Assembly: GCA_016840165.1 (NCBI GenBank) | Contig: JAEOSU010000051.1 | Location: forward strand, 192,001 to 256,000 | Reading direction: 5' to 3' | Source: Promethearchaeota archaeon | GTDB taxonomy: Archaea; Asgardarchaeota; Lokiarchaeia; Sigyniarchaeales; SOKP01 | Length of the DNA: 64,000 nucleotides | In this document: in pieces, positions 41,227 through 50,326 of the stretch | Position numbering within the stretch: the first letter of the stretch is position 1 | Layout: the number at the start of each line of letters is the position of its first letter | Translations under genes and position numbers: made by a program | The notes under the pieces: generated by a model | Seen by the model: only the letters and a program-made list of their open reading frames with translations | Databases searched by the model: none | Told to the model about the DNA's origin: nothing

Positions 41227-42900
41227 GTGTTTGATAAAAATTATTTGTATAAAATTAATCAAGAGAAAGAGAAATGGGAAGAGAAATATAAAGATGCGAA
41301 AGAACGGGATGTGAAATTTGTCACCGATTCTGAAATACCTATCAAGCGATTATATACTCCTTTAGATGTGAAAGGTGATTATTTAGGAAAGGTTGGATTT
41401 CCGGGCGAACTTCCTTATACTAGAGGGGTATACCCTACAATGTATCGTGGTCGACTATGGACGATGCGTCTCTTTTCAGGTCATGGAACTCCTGAGGAGA
41501 CTAATGAGCGCTGGAAATATTTATACGAAAATGGAGAGACAGGATTTAGCGCTGCTGTTGATGCGCTTACATTTAATGGAATTGATCCTACAAATCCTGA
41601 TGGAGCACCAGAAGTAGGAACTTCAGGAGTACCTTTATATTGCATTGATAGCTTATTTGCGCTCACCGAAGATATACCAATCGATAAAATCAGTGTCGCA
41701 TTAGTAGTAGAGCCTTTTACGAGTGCACCTGTATGTGCGATGTATTTTAATATGGCTAAAATGCGTGGTTATGAAATTAATCAACTAATGGGTACTACTC
41801 AAAACGATATCTTAACAATGACCGTTGGATATATTCCATATAAAAATTGTCCTCCCAATCACTTGTTACGGATAGCTTGTGATTTTATTGAATGGACAGT
41901 GCCTCAGAAGAACGTTCCAAAATGGCACCCAATTAATTTCACGGGATATAATTATCGTGAAGGAGGTATAGATGCTGTTCAAGAGCTTGGATTTGTCTTC
42001 GCAAGTGCTTGTTCGCATATTGATAATTTAATTGCTCGGGGTTGGAAGATTGATGACTTTGTTAATCGTTTAGCTTTTCATTTGGCCGCACATAAAGATT
42101 TTTTTGAAGAAATTGCAAAATATCGGGCAGCAAGGAGAATATGGGCTAAATTGATGAAAGATCGTTATAATGCTCAGGATCCTCATTCGCATCAATTTCG
42201 TTTTCACGTACAGACAGCTGGGAGTTCCCTTACAGCGCAATTGCCATTGGTTAATATCGTAAGAACGGCGATTCAAGGGTTAGAGGCAACAATAGGAGGT
42301 TGCCAATCGCTTCATACCAATAGTTTTGATGAGGCAATATGTTTACCCAGTGAACAAGCAGCTTTAGTAGCATTACGTACTCAACAAGTTATTTCGGATG
42401 AGACTCGTATTGCTAATACTATCGACCCAATGGCAGGTTCCTATTTTGTTGAATGGCTTACTGATGAGATCGAAGAGAGAGTATGGAAATATCTTGATAA
42501 GATTGAATCGGTAGGAACTATTGATAAAGCTTTATCTTCGGGTTGGTTATATAAAGAAATGCGTGATGCATTCCATAAACGGAGGATGCGTATTGAAAAA
42601 AGAGAGGAGATAATGTTAGGAGTAAATAAATATCCAATCTCTTATGATACGGTAACAGATGTATTTCGAACCAATCAAGAAGCTATAGATATTGAAGTAA
42701 ACCGAATCAATAAATTGAAAGAACGACGGGATAATGCAAAACTTGAAAGGATTTTAGATAAACTCCGTAAAGTCTGTGAAAAAGAAGAAAATGTTATGCC
42801 TGTTGTGATGGAAGCCACTAAGGAAGGTGCAACCGTACAAGAAGTCTGTGATATTTATCGTGAAATATGGGGTACCTGGGATCCACCATTAGCAATTTAA
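41227..42900 (+). CDS. B12-dependent acyl-CoA mutase, large (substrate-binding) subunit, MCM/ICM family
   Basis: PYTRGVYPTMYRGRLWTMR, QNDIL, EEIAKYRAARR, FHVQTAG, QSLHTNSFDEA; GTG start. Confidence 0.9.
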   Translation: MFDKNYLYKINQEKEKWEEKYKDAKERDVKFVTDSEIPIKRLYTPLDVKGDYLGKVGFPGELPYTRGVYPTMYRGRLWTMRLFSGHGTPEETNERWKYLYENGETGFSAAVDALTFNGIDPTNPDGAPEVGTSGVPLYCIDSLFALTEDIPIDKISVALVVEPFTSAPVCAMYFNMAKMRGYEINQLMGTTQNDILTMTVGYIPYKNCPPNHLLRIACDFIEWTVPQKNVPKWHPINFTGYNYREGGIDAVQELGFVFASACSHIDNLIARGWKIDDFVNRLAFHLAAHKDFFEEIAKYRAARRIWAKLMKDRYNAQDPHSHQFRFHVQTAGSSLTAQLPLVNIVRTAIQGLEATIGGCQSLHTNSFDEAICLPSEQAALVALRTQQVISDETRIANTIDPMAGSYFVEWLTDEIEERVWKYLDKIESVGTIDKALSSGWLYKEMRDAFHKRRMRIEKREEIMLGVNKYPISYDTVTDVFRTNQEAIDIEVNRINKLKERRDNAKLERILDKLRKVCEKEENVMPVVMEATKEGATVQEVCDIYREIWGTWDPPLAI

Positions 42901-42914
42901 CGGAGGTTTATCAT

Positions 42915-43313
42915 ATGTCACAGAAAAAAATTCGGGTTTTAATGTCTAAACCAGGGATTGATGGTCATTGGAGAGGTGGGATTGTTGTTTCAAGAGCGAT
43001 TCGTGATGATGGGATGGAATTAATTTTCGGTGGATTTCAAAATGTTCAACAGATCGCAGAAGCAGCGATTCAAGAGGATGTAGACGTTATTGGATTAAGT
43101 ATTCATAGTGGGGCGCATTTTTCATATACCCAACAACTAATAGATCTTCTAAATGAAAAGGGTGTTTTGGATAATTTTATGATCTTGGTTGGTGGTGTTA
43201 TTCCCGCGAAAGATTTTGATAAACTTCGGGAGATGGGTGTTGCTAATGTATACGGTCCAGGGTCAATGACTTCCGATATTGTAGAATTCATAAAAGCACA
43301 CGTCAAAAAATAA
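42915..43313 (+). CDS. Acyl-CoA mutase cobalamin-binding small subunit
   Basis: KPGIDGHWRG (DxHxxG), GLSIHSGAH, VGGVIP; GGAGGT SD at 42902-42907 supports ATG 42915. Confidence 0.9.
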   Translation: MSQKKIRVLMSKPGIDGHWRGGIVVSRAIRDDGMELIFGGFQNVQQIAEAAIQEDVDVIGLSIHSGAHFSYTQQLIDLLNEKGVLDNFMILVGGVIPAKDFDKLREMGVANVYGPGSMTSDIVEFIKAHVKK

Positions 43314-43387
43314 AAAAGAAATAATTTTATACTTTTATTCTATTTTTTAAAAATTTATTTGAAAAAAGGAAAAAACAACGATTTATT

Positions 43388-45127
43388 TTATTCATTCATT
43401 TCATAAGCATCCTTTAGCGAGTGAACAATCTTCCATACTTTATCAAAACGTTCTGGGTCGACATTGGGTTTTTTAATCATCTTCAAACACCATTCCATCT
43501 GTTTAGGGGTAGTACTAGATTTATGATATAAATTTAATGCGTATTTAGAGAAGTCTCTTACTAGAAAATCAAATATTTGGTCTATAGTGTCTTCATCAAT
43601 ATTGTATATTTTTGCATTTTCTATAATTAAATGAGCATATACGATAAGAGAAAAGATCTCTCCGATTCCTGAAAGCATGAAGTCCATATCCTTTTGTTGT
43701 TTAGCACTAGGCATAGCTTTAACTCCCATAAGATTAAACATCTTAATTTGTTCTAGAAAGATTTTAACATTTGGTAGATCAAATTGCTCAAACGCTGGTT
43801 TCCAGTCATGAAGTCGAATCTTTCCTAACCCACGAGTTGGTCCCTGATTGAAAAGATAGGTGTCGTCTTTTACTTGATCTTGTCTTGGTACTTCCTCATA
43901 TTTCTTATGATTCATGAAGAAATTTAACATGAACTTCAAAATTAACGCAATATTTACGTGAACTGTCCCTTCAAGCTTAGGTAATGCACGTATATCCCTT
44001 GCAGCACTTTCAAAATACATATCTTTTTCAAAACCTTTCGCAGCGATAACATCCCATAAGAGATTTATAACTTCCTCTCCCTGAGTAGTAGTTTTCATCT
44101 TCATTACTGGTGCATACAGTAAATATCTGCGGTCATCATCGGATGCGATTCTCATATAATCAGCTGTTCTTAAGCCAAATAATTTCATTGCTACCAGACG
44201 GGTGTACGCATCAACAAAGTTCTGTTTTACGTGTTGAAAATCAGTGACATACATCTTATAGAGCCTTCGATGAGCAGCGTGATGAATTGCTTCATAAAAT
44301 GCATGTGTACATATCCCTATTGAAGCCCAACCTAAATTATATTTACCTACGTTTACAGTATTAAGAGATGCATTCCAAGCATCCTCTCCCTTAGAAAGAA
44401 TATCTTCCTCGGTTATGGGATAATCATGGAGTGCAAAATTTGCAACGTAATTTTGACTATCACAGACATTCTTTATTAACTCATAGTTTTTGTTTTTATA
44501 ATTAGCAACAAAAAAAACATATTGATCTTTGTTTTTCATATCATAGGGTGGAATATTTCCTTGCTCATCAGCAAATTTCCCAAAGTTTGAAACCATTTCT
44601 GCCTCATTACCATTGCCAATGTAATATTTTTCTCCATTTGCTCTATAGGTATCATCTTTTTGAGGAGTTAATGACATTTCAGTTCCGTAAATATCGGCCC
44701 CATGCGCTTGCTCGGATAATCCGAAAGCAAAAATAGCGCCTTCTTTTAATAATTTGGCAGCCTTCTCCTTTGCCTTTTCATTTTTACTCATCCAAATAGG
44801 CCCTAATCCTAAAATTGTCACTTGCCAAGTATACCAATAACTTAATCCATAAAATGCAAGTATTTCATTGAATTCGCAGATTCTCCATGTATCCCATCGA
44901 AAATTTTCATTCTCTCCATATTGAGAAGGAGTCAATAGATTAGCAAAAACATTATAATTTTTTTGGAATTCTAAAAAATCAGAATACCAGACTCTTTTAT
45001 GATCGTCTTCCTTTAATTTTGCTTTTCCTTTATTTTCGAAGAATTCAATCGTTTTAAGCATGATTTCCCTTGATCTCGCATCTGGATAATACCGTTTATG
45101 TTGTTTTGGATTTAATAAAATTGTCAT
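43388..45127 (-). CDS. Acyl-CoA dehydrogenase (long, FadE-like)
   Basis: FGLSEQAHGAD, GEKYYIGN, AAKGFEKD, LPKLEGTVHVN. Confidence 0.85.
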   Translation of the reverse strand: MTILLNPKQHKRYYPDARSREIMLKTIEFFENKGKAKLKEDDHKRVWYSDFLEFQKNYNVFANLLTPSQYGENENFRWDTWRICEFNEILAFYGLSYWYTWQVTILGLGPIWMSKNEKAKEKAAKLLKEGAIFAFGLSEQAHGADIYGTEMSLTPQKDDTYRANGEKYYIGNGNEAEMVSNFGKFADEQGNIPPYDMKNKDQYVFFVANYKNKNYELIKNVCDSQNYVANFALHDYPITEEDILSKGEDAWNASLNTVNVGKYNLGWASIGICTHAFYEAIHHAAHRRLYKMYVTDFQHVKQNFVDAYTRLVAMKLFGLRTADYMRIASDDDRRYLLYAPVMKMKTTTQGEEVINLLWDVIAAKGFEKDMYFESAARDIRALPKLEGTVHVNIALILKFMLNFFMNHKKYEEVPRQDQVKDDTYLFNQGPTRGLGKIRLHDWKPAFEQFDLPNVKIFLEQIKMFNLMGVKAMPSAKQQKDMDFMLSGIGEIFSLIVYAHLIIENAKIYNIDEDTIDQIFDFLVRDFSKYALNLYHKSSTTPKQMEWCLKMIKKPNVDPERFDKVWKIVHSLKDAYEMNE

Positions 45128-45321
45128 AATTATCTTAAACTTTTTAATTATTAATTATCTTTTAGAATCATTATTTCAAAATTAACTTTTTTAATGTTTT
45201 ACTTCTATTGAAATTCACTCTTTAAGGATATCGATTTTTATAGAAAAGATAAAAAAGAAATGATATATTTTCATATCTAAGTTAGAAGTTATTTTTTTGA
45301 AGTTCTGAAGGTCTATTATTC

Positions 45322-46299
45322 ATGAAAACTGAATATGATATTGAATCCTTGATTACGAGGTTTAAACAAAAGGATAAGGTTGCGTTAGCGAAATTAATTA
45401 CTATAATTGAAAATGAGCCAGATAAAGCCTCAGAAATTTTTAAGCATTTTGAAGAGCTAAAGCATGATTCCTATATCGTTGGAGTTACGGGTTCACCCGG
45501 TGTTGGAAAAAGTACTCTCACAGGGGCTATATCTCAAAAGATACTTGATGAAGGTAAATATATAGGAATCATCTCAGTTGATCCTACCTCACCTTTTAGC
45601 GGAGGAGCGTTCTTAGGAGATCGAGTGCGTATGACTAACATAACCTTACACCCCAATCTTTTCATGAGAAGTCTTGCATCGCGTGGTTATAAAGGAGGAA
45701 TATCACGAGCCGTATTTGATATCAGTATGCTTTATGAAGCATTTGGTATGGATCTAATTATCATTGAAACCGTTGGAGTGGGACAAGCAGAATTTGATAT
45801 CTACAATTTAGCTTATACTATTGTAGTTGTTTTAGTCCCTGGATATGGTGATGCTATTCAAATGCAGAAAGCGGGAATCATTGAAATTGGAGATATATAT
45901 GATGTGAATAAAAAGGATCTCGGTGGGGAAGATATTGCGGTACATATCGAAATGATGCTGGATGATACTACTTTTCAGAGTGGTTGGAGACCACCGGTTT
46001 CAATGACTGACGCAATTACAGGAGAGGGCGTGGATGACCTTATTCAAAATATATGGGACCATAAAGAACATGTAGAATTATCTGATCTTATCAATGAAAA
46101 GAAAAAGAATCGCTTTAAATATAAGATAAAAGAACTCATTTATTCAAAAGTGGAAGAATTAATCTTTAAAAGCCTTATTAATGAACAAGAGATTGACAGT
46201 ATTATAGAAAATGCTCTAAATAATAGCAAATTTAAAATGTATCAAGATATTCATAAGAAGTTCGAATCAGTAGATTTTACGATAAAAAAGGAAAGCTAG
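45322..46299 (+). CDS. meaB: MeaB/ArgK GTPase metallochaperone for the B12 mutase
   Basis: GSPGVGKS, VDPTSP, LGDRVRM, ETVGVGQ, NKKD. Confidence 0.92.
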   Translation: MKTEYDIESLITRFKQKDKVALAKLITIIENEPDKASEIFKHFEELKHDSYIVGVTGSPGVGKSTLTGAISQKILDEGKYIGIISVDPTSPFSGGAFLGDRVRMTNITLHPNLFMRSLASRGYKGGISRAVFDISMLYEAFGMDLIIIETVGVGQAEFDIYNLAYTIVVVLVPGYGDAIQMQKAGIIEIGDIYDVNKKDLGGEDIAVHIEMMLDDTTFQSGWRPPVSMTDAITGEGVDDLIQNIWDHKEHVELSDLINEKKKNRFKYKIKELIYSKVEELIFKSLINEQEIDSIIENALNNSKFKMYQDIHKKFESVDFTIKKES

Positions 46300-46395
46300 G
46301 GTAATAATCTAATTATAATTCTCTTTATAATGTATTATTTAGCATTAATCATCTAACTATTAAACTTAAAATGTAATGCTTGAGTTTATAAACCT

Positions 46396-47178
46396 ATGTC
46401 TGAAGAATTAATTCATTATAATGTAAAACTTCGTATAGCAGAAATTATTATCGATCGTCCTGATAAAGCTCATGCTTTTAATGTAGATATGTTAAAGTTG
46501 CTCTATAATTACTTAATCGAAGCAGATAAAGATGAGAAAGTGAAATACATCCTAATTAAAAGCACTGGGACAAGATTTTTTTCTGCTGGATATGATTTAA
46601 AACAAATACAAGGTTCTCCTGAAAATGTTAAACAGGTCACTGAATGGGGAAGAAAAGTAAATGAGACTATGCTCTTCTTAAAAAAACCAATTATCACCCA
46701 AGTTCAAGGCATTGCTGTTGGATTTGGAGTTCTAATGATTTTGGCATCTGATCTAAGAATCTTTGCCGATCGACCAAAAGAGGAATTATATTTGCGTCTT
46801 CCTGAGCTTGCTATTTCAGCTTTTCCCCAAACTGGCGCAACATTGCTTCCATTATTAGCTTTTGGTCTAAGTTATGCCAAATATATGTTATTTACAGCTG
46901 ATAAGGTTGGATTAGATGACTTAAGAAACCTCAATTTTCCAACGCGCGTTTTTCCTCTTGAGAATTTAGATGCTAATACAAAAACTTTCATGAGTGATTT
47001 GGTGAAATATAAGAATGAGTTTATTTTTTCTACTAAAACCATGCTCTCCATCATGAATAAGACATATATTAAATCCTGTTTTGATTTAGAAGACGAATGT
47101 GGAACAATAGCATACGCCAATAAACCATATGAGGAATTGAGCGAATTTATAGGAAATTTATATAAAAAATATACATAA
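46396..47178 (+). CDS. Enoyl-CoA hydratase/isomerase (crotonase) family
   Basis: DRPDKAHA, FSAGYDL, KPIITQVQGIAVGFG, LPE. Confidence 0.85.
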   Translation: MSEELIHYNVKLRIAEIIIDRPDKAHAFNVDMLKLLYNYLIEADKDEKVKYILIKSTGTRFFSAGYDLKQIQGSPENVKQVTEWGRKVNETMLFLKKPIITQVQGIAVGFGVLMILASDLRIFADRPKEELYLRLPELAISAFPQTGATLLPLLAFGLSYAKYMLFTADKVGLDDLRNLNFPTRVFPLENLDANTKTFMSDLVKYKNEFIFSTKTMLSIMNKTYIKSCFDLEDECGTIAYANKPYEELSEFIGNLYKKYT

Positions 47179-47289
47179 ATCCTTGTTTTTAATTTCTTTT
47201 CATTTTATGTAATTGTTCGATAAGTGCACCAATTTATTTATAAAGGACAGGGAATACTTTTCATCTGAATAGATTTAGGAGTGTAAGAA

Positions 47290-47892
47290 GTGAAAATAGA
47301 TAAAATTATAACATCAATAAAGGAATTTTTTATAACAATTGGATGGTTGACAATCCCTCTTTTTCAGTATATCCCTTGTGCTTCAGTTTGGTTTGGTATT
47401 ATGAGTTTGCCACTGATCGGATATTTGTTCTTCTTTATTTCGACGCCTATGATTGCAAAAAGTGATTTTGAATTCTTTTTAGGATATGGTTTCCCATGGA
47501 GCATCATTGCGATAATTAGTGGATTCATATTTCTATTTTGTCTTGGTTATCAATTAGTTAATCGTAAAAAATTAATTTTAAAGGGACCATATAAATATTC
47601 TCGCCATCCACAATATTTAGCAATAATTATTATGACGTTTAGTTTATCAATGATTTCATTAAATACAAGTCCAATTAATCCTTTCAGCTCAAATATCGAA
47701 TTCAGCCGAGTTTTAATATTTTTTATATGGTTTATAGAAACTATTGCTTATATATTACTAGCAAAATTAGAAGAATTTTGGTTAGAAAAGAAATATGGAG
47801 ACATGTACAATCAATATAAGCAATCCGTTAGTTTTATGCTTCCATTTACAAAATTTTTTCGCGAAAAACTAAAAATTGTGGTTACTATTTAA
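47290..47892 (+). CDS. ICMT/PEMT-like membrane methyltransferase
   Basis: GPYKYSRHPQY, EE..L...YG..Y..Y. Confidence 0.75.
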   Translation: MKIDKIITSIKEFFITIGWLTIPLFQYIPCASVWFGIMSLPLIGYLFFFISTPMIAKSDFEFFLGYGFPWSIIAIISGFIFLFCLGYQLVNRKKLILKGPYKYSRHPQYLAIIIMTFSLSMISLNTSPINPFSSNIEFSRVLIFFIWFIETIAYILLAKLEEFWLEKKYGDMYNQYKQSVSFMLPFTKFFREKLKIVVTI

Positions 47893-47961
47893 AATATGTA
47901 AATACGAATTCTTCCATTAAAACAATAGGAATGGATAAGAAAGGGAAGAAATTGAATCATT

Positions 47962-48672
47962 ATGAGAGAAATTAAGCCAAAAAATAGCAAATTGGTAGTA
48001 ATTCTTCTTATAACAATACCAATATCTCTTTTTTTAGTTATTTTAATTTTAATTCAAATAATTTCATTGTATAATGAGACATTTGGGCAAATCGAGAGAC
48101 CTCTTTTAGGGTTTATAATTGTTATATTGTTGCTGTTATTCATTGTGCTATTAGCATTCACAATTGTTTTATCTGTAAACGAATATCACAATCGTATGAT
48201 TCGAAGAGTAGCATCCTATAATAATCATCCAAATTTGACATTGGAGGAGATCTTTGAAAATGAACACCGAAAAAAAATTATTAAGTGCATATTGAATGAT
48301 CCTGGTATTCATCATAATGAATTGTTAAGGCAATGTGATTTACAGAAAGGACAGTTGCAATGGCATCTAAATGTTTTACTAAATAATAAAATCATCCATA
48401 AGGAAAAGTTTGGCCAATATAGCCTATATTTTCCATCGTTAAATGAAATAGAGAAAGCGGAAGGATTCATAAATGGAATAGCAAAATCGGATAATACCAC
48501 TAAGATCTATGAAATTATTAAAAAAAAGCCCGGGATTACCTCCTCAGAAATTTCTGATGAGATCCAGATAGCCAGAAATACAGTCAAATACCACATCGAT
48601 AAATTATCAAATAATAATTTAATAGTATTGAAGAAAAGTGGTAGAAAGAAAAAATTGTATTTAAAACAATAA
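47962..48672 (+). CDS. Membrane-anchored tandem winged-HTH transcriptional regulator
   Basis: Two N-terminal TMs, PGIHHNEL...WHLNVL, PGITSSEIS...KYHIDKL. Confidence 0.8.
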   Translation: MREIKPKNSKLVVILLITIPISLFLVILILIQIISLYNETFGQIERPLLGFIIVILLLLFIVLLAFTIVLSVNEYHNRMIRRVASYNNHPNLTLEEIFENEHRKKIIKCILNDPGIHHNELLRQCDLQKGQLQWHLNVLLNNKIIHKEKFGQYSLYFPSLNEIEKAEGFINGIAKSDNTTKIYEIIKKKPGITSSEISDEIQIARNTVKYHIDKLSNNNLIVLKKSGRKKKLYLKQ

Positions 48673-48682
48673 ATTGTTGTTT

Positions 48683-49564
48683 TTAATGTTTTATAAGTTT
48701 CGGAAACCTTATTTCCATTTCAATTTCTTTTTGAATAATCTTATCTAATAATTCTTCTCTCTCGGCACCTGAAAGTACTTCTAGCTTTCTAATGCTCAAA
48801 GGATCCACCTTTTCCCTTAATAGTCTAATTTCCTTAACTGTAGGTGGTTTAGTCTCTGTTAAATTTTTATCAATTAATAAATCAAAGCCAGTTGATTCCT
48901 TTACTTCTTCAACAGTAATTCCTGGGTGTGTCGTTCTTAACTTCATCCTTCTAGTTTTCATGTCGAAATCTAAGTATGCTAAGTTGGTAATAACGCATTG
49001 AGGTCCTGCTCCTTCACATATAGATTGTCGTCCTCCAGGGAATCCAACACCCGATATGAAGAATAATTTCTCGGTGGGAACAAATGTGCGATTATCATGT
49101 CTTGGTGTGTAGAGAAATGACCCTCGAGTATAAAACATGCTAAAATCAGCTATTCCGGCGCATCCTGGTAAACGTAGTTTTGGTTTACTCCATTCACCGA
49201 TACAAATGTTATTTGTATTTCCAAATTGGTCAACTTGGGCGGGTCTAAAAAACTCAATGGTAGTCAACTTTTCAGAAGGCAGCGATTCAAGAGTGCACTC
49301 TCCTGAGTTTTGAAATCGATAAGCTCTTGCAGTATTCATCTCCAAGTAGAGTAATGAAACTTGACGTGCCTGATTCACAAAAGTATTTCCCATAATATAA
49401 TGATATATAGCGTCAGGAGCATGTGTTAATTTAGCTAAAGTAAACGCAGACCATACCATTGGGGTTGCTACTCCAACAATCATCACATCATCATTTCGTA
49501 CTTCTCTTGACATTAGCACTGTCATTAACTCATCAATCGAATAATCTTTTGACGTTTCACTCAT
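48683..49564 (-). CDS. Family I CoA-transferase-like beta subunit (GctB/IpdB-like)
   Basis: AQVDQFGNTN, RLPGCAG, VITNL, HPGITVEEV..TGF. Confidence 0.85.
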   Translation of the reverse strand: MSETSKDYSIDELMTVLMSREVRNDDVMIVGVATPMVWSAFTLAKLTHAPDAIYHYIMGNTFVNQARQVSLLYLEMNTARAYRFQNSGECTLESLPSEKLTTIEFFRPAQVDQFGNTNNICIGEWSKPKLRLPGCAGIADFSMFYTRGSFLYTPRHDNRTFVPTEKLFFISGVGFPGGRQSICEGAGPQCVITNLAYLDFDMKTRRMKLRTTHPGITVEEVKESTGFDLLIDKNLTETKPPTVKEIRLLREKVDPLSIRKLEVLSGAEREELLDKIIQKEIEMEIRFPKLIKH

Positions 49565-49706
49565 TTATTCTTCACTCGAATTATAATCATTATAGAATTT
49601 TGACTTAGGTAAGGTAATATCAATTAAAGATTTTATTCATTATATATAAAAGACTTTAGATCTTATTAAAAATCAATCTTTTAATGCAAATTTAAAACTA
49701 AGAAAT

Positions 49707-50309
49707 ATGTACATTGCCTGTTTTGATTTAGAGGGAGTTTTTACCCCTGAAGTTTGGATTGAAGTAAGTAACTCTACTGGGATTGATGAGCTTAAGCTAA
49801 CAACAAGAGACATTTCGGACTATGATGTACTTATGAAAAACCGAATCGATTTATTGAAGAAATATCATGTCACCTTGAAAGAAATTCAAGAAGTAATTAT
49901 GAATATGAAATTATTACCAGGAGCAAAAAAGTTTCTTGATGAAATACGCCCTATCGTTCAGGTGGCGATCCTAACAGACAGTTTTATGGAGTTCGTTGAT
50001 CCATTCCTAAAAAAATTGGGCTATCCTGTCTGTTTTTGCCATAGTCTTGAAATTGGTAAAAAGGGACTGATCACAAATTATAAGATCCGCATTGAAGATA
50101 TGAAACGACAGACCATTTTAGCTCTTAAAAGCTTAAATTATGAAATAATAGCAACTGGAGATTCTTATAATGATGTTCCAATGTTACATGAAGCAGACCA
50201 TGGTATCTTCTTTAGACCTCCTAACAAAGTAATTGATGAATTCCCACAATTTCCGGTAGCTAAAGAATATCCTGAATTAAAACGTTTAATCTTCAATTAT
50301 TTAGGCTAA
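49707..50309 (+). CDS. thrH: Phosphoserine phosphatase / homoserine phosphotransferase
   Basis: DLEGVFTPEVW, TTRDISDYDVLM, GDSYND, FRPP. Confidence 0.9.
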   Translation: MYIACFDLEGVFTPEVWIEVSNSTGIDELKLTTRDISDYDVLMKNRIDLLKKYHVTLKEIQEVIMNMKLLPGAKKFLDEIRPIVQVAILTDSFMEFVDPFLKKLGYPVCFCHSLEIGKKGLITNYKIRIEDMKRQTILALKSLNYEIIATGDSYNDVPMLHEADHGIFFRPPNKVIDEFPQFPVAKEYPELKRLIFNYLG

Positions 50310-50326
50310 TCTAATTAATGTCATAT

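Noticed and set aside
41227-42900. Annotating the mutase as methylmalonyl-CoA mutase (mcmA)
   Set aside because: The carboxylate-binding Tyr/Arg equivalents appear substituted, so the specific name is not supported
35862-47892. CPBP (Rce1-like) protease plus ICMT-like methyltransferase as a CAAX-processing pathway for the GTPase
   Set aside because: The genes are about 10 kb apart, both families are widespread in prokaryotes, and the GTPase fusion has no C-terminal CAAX motif
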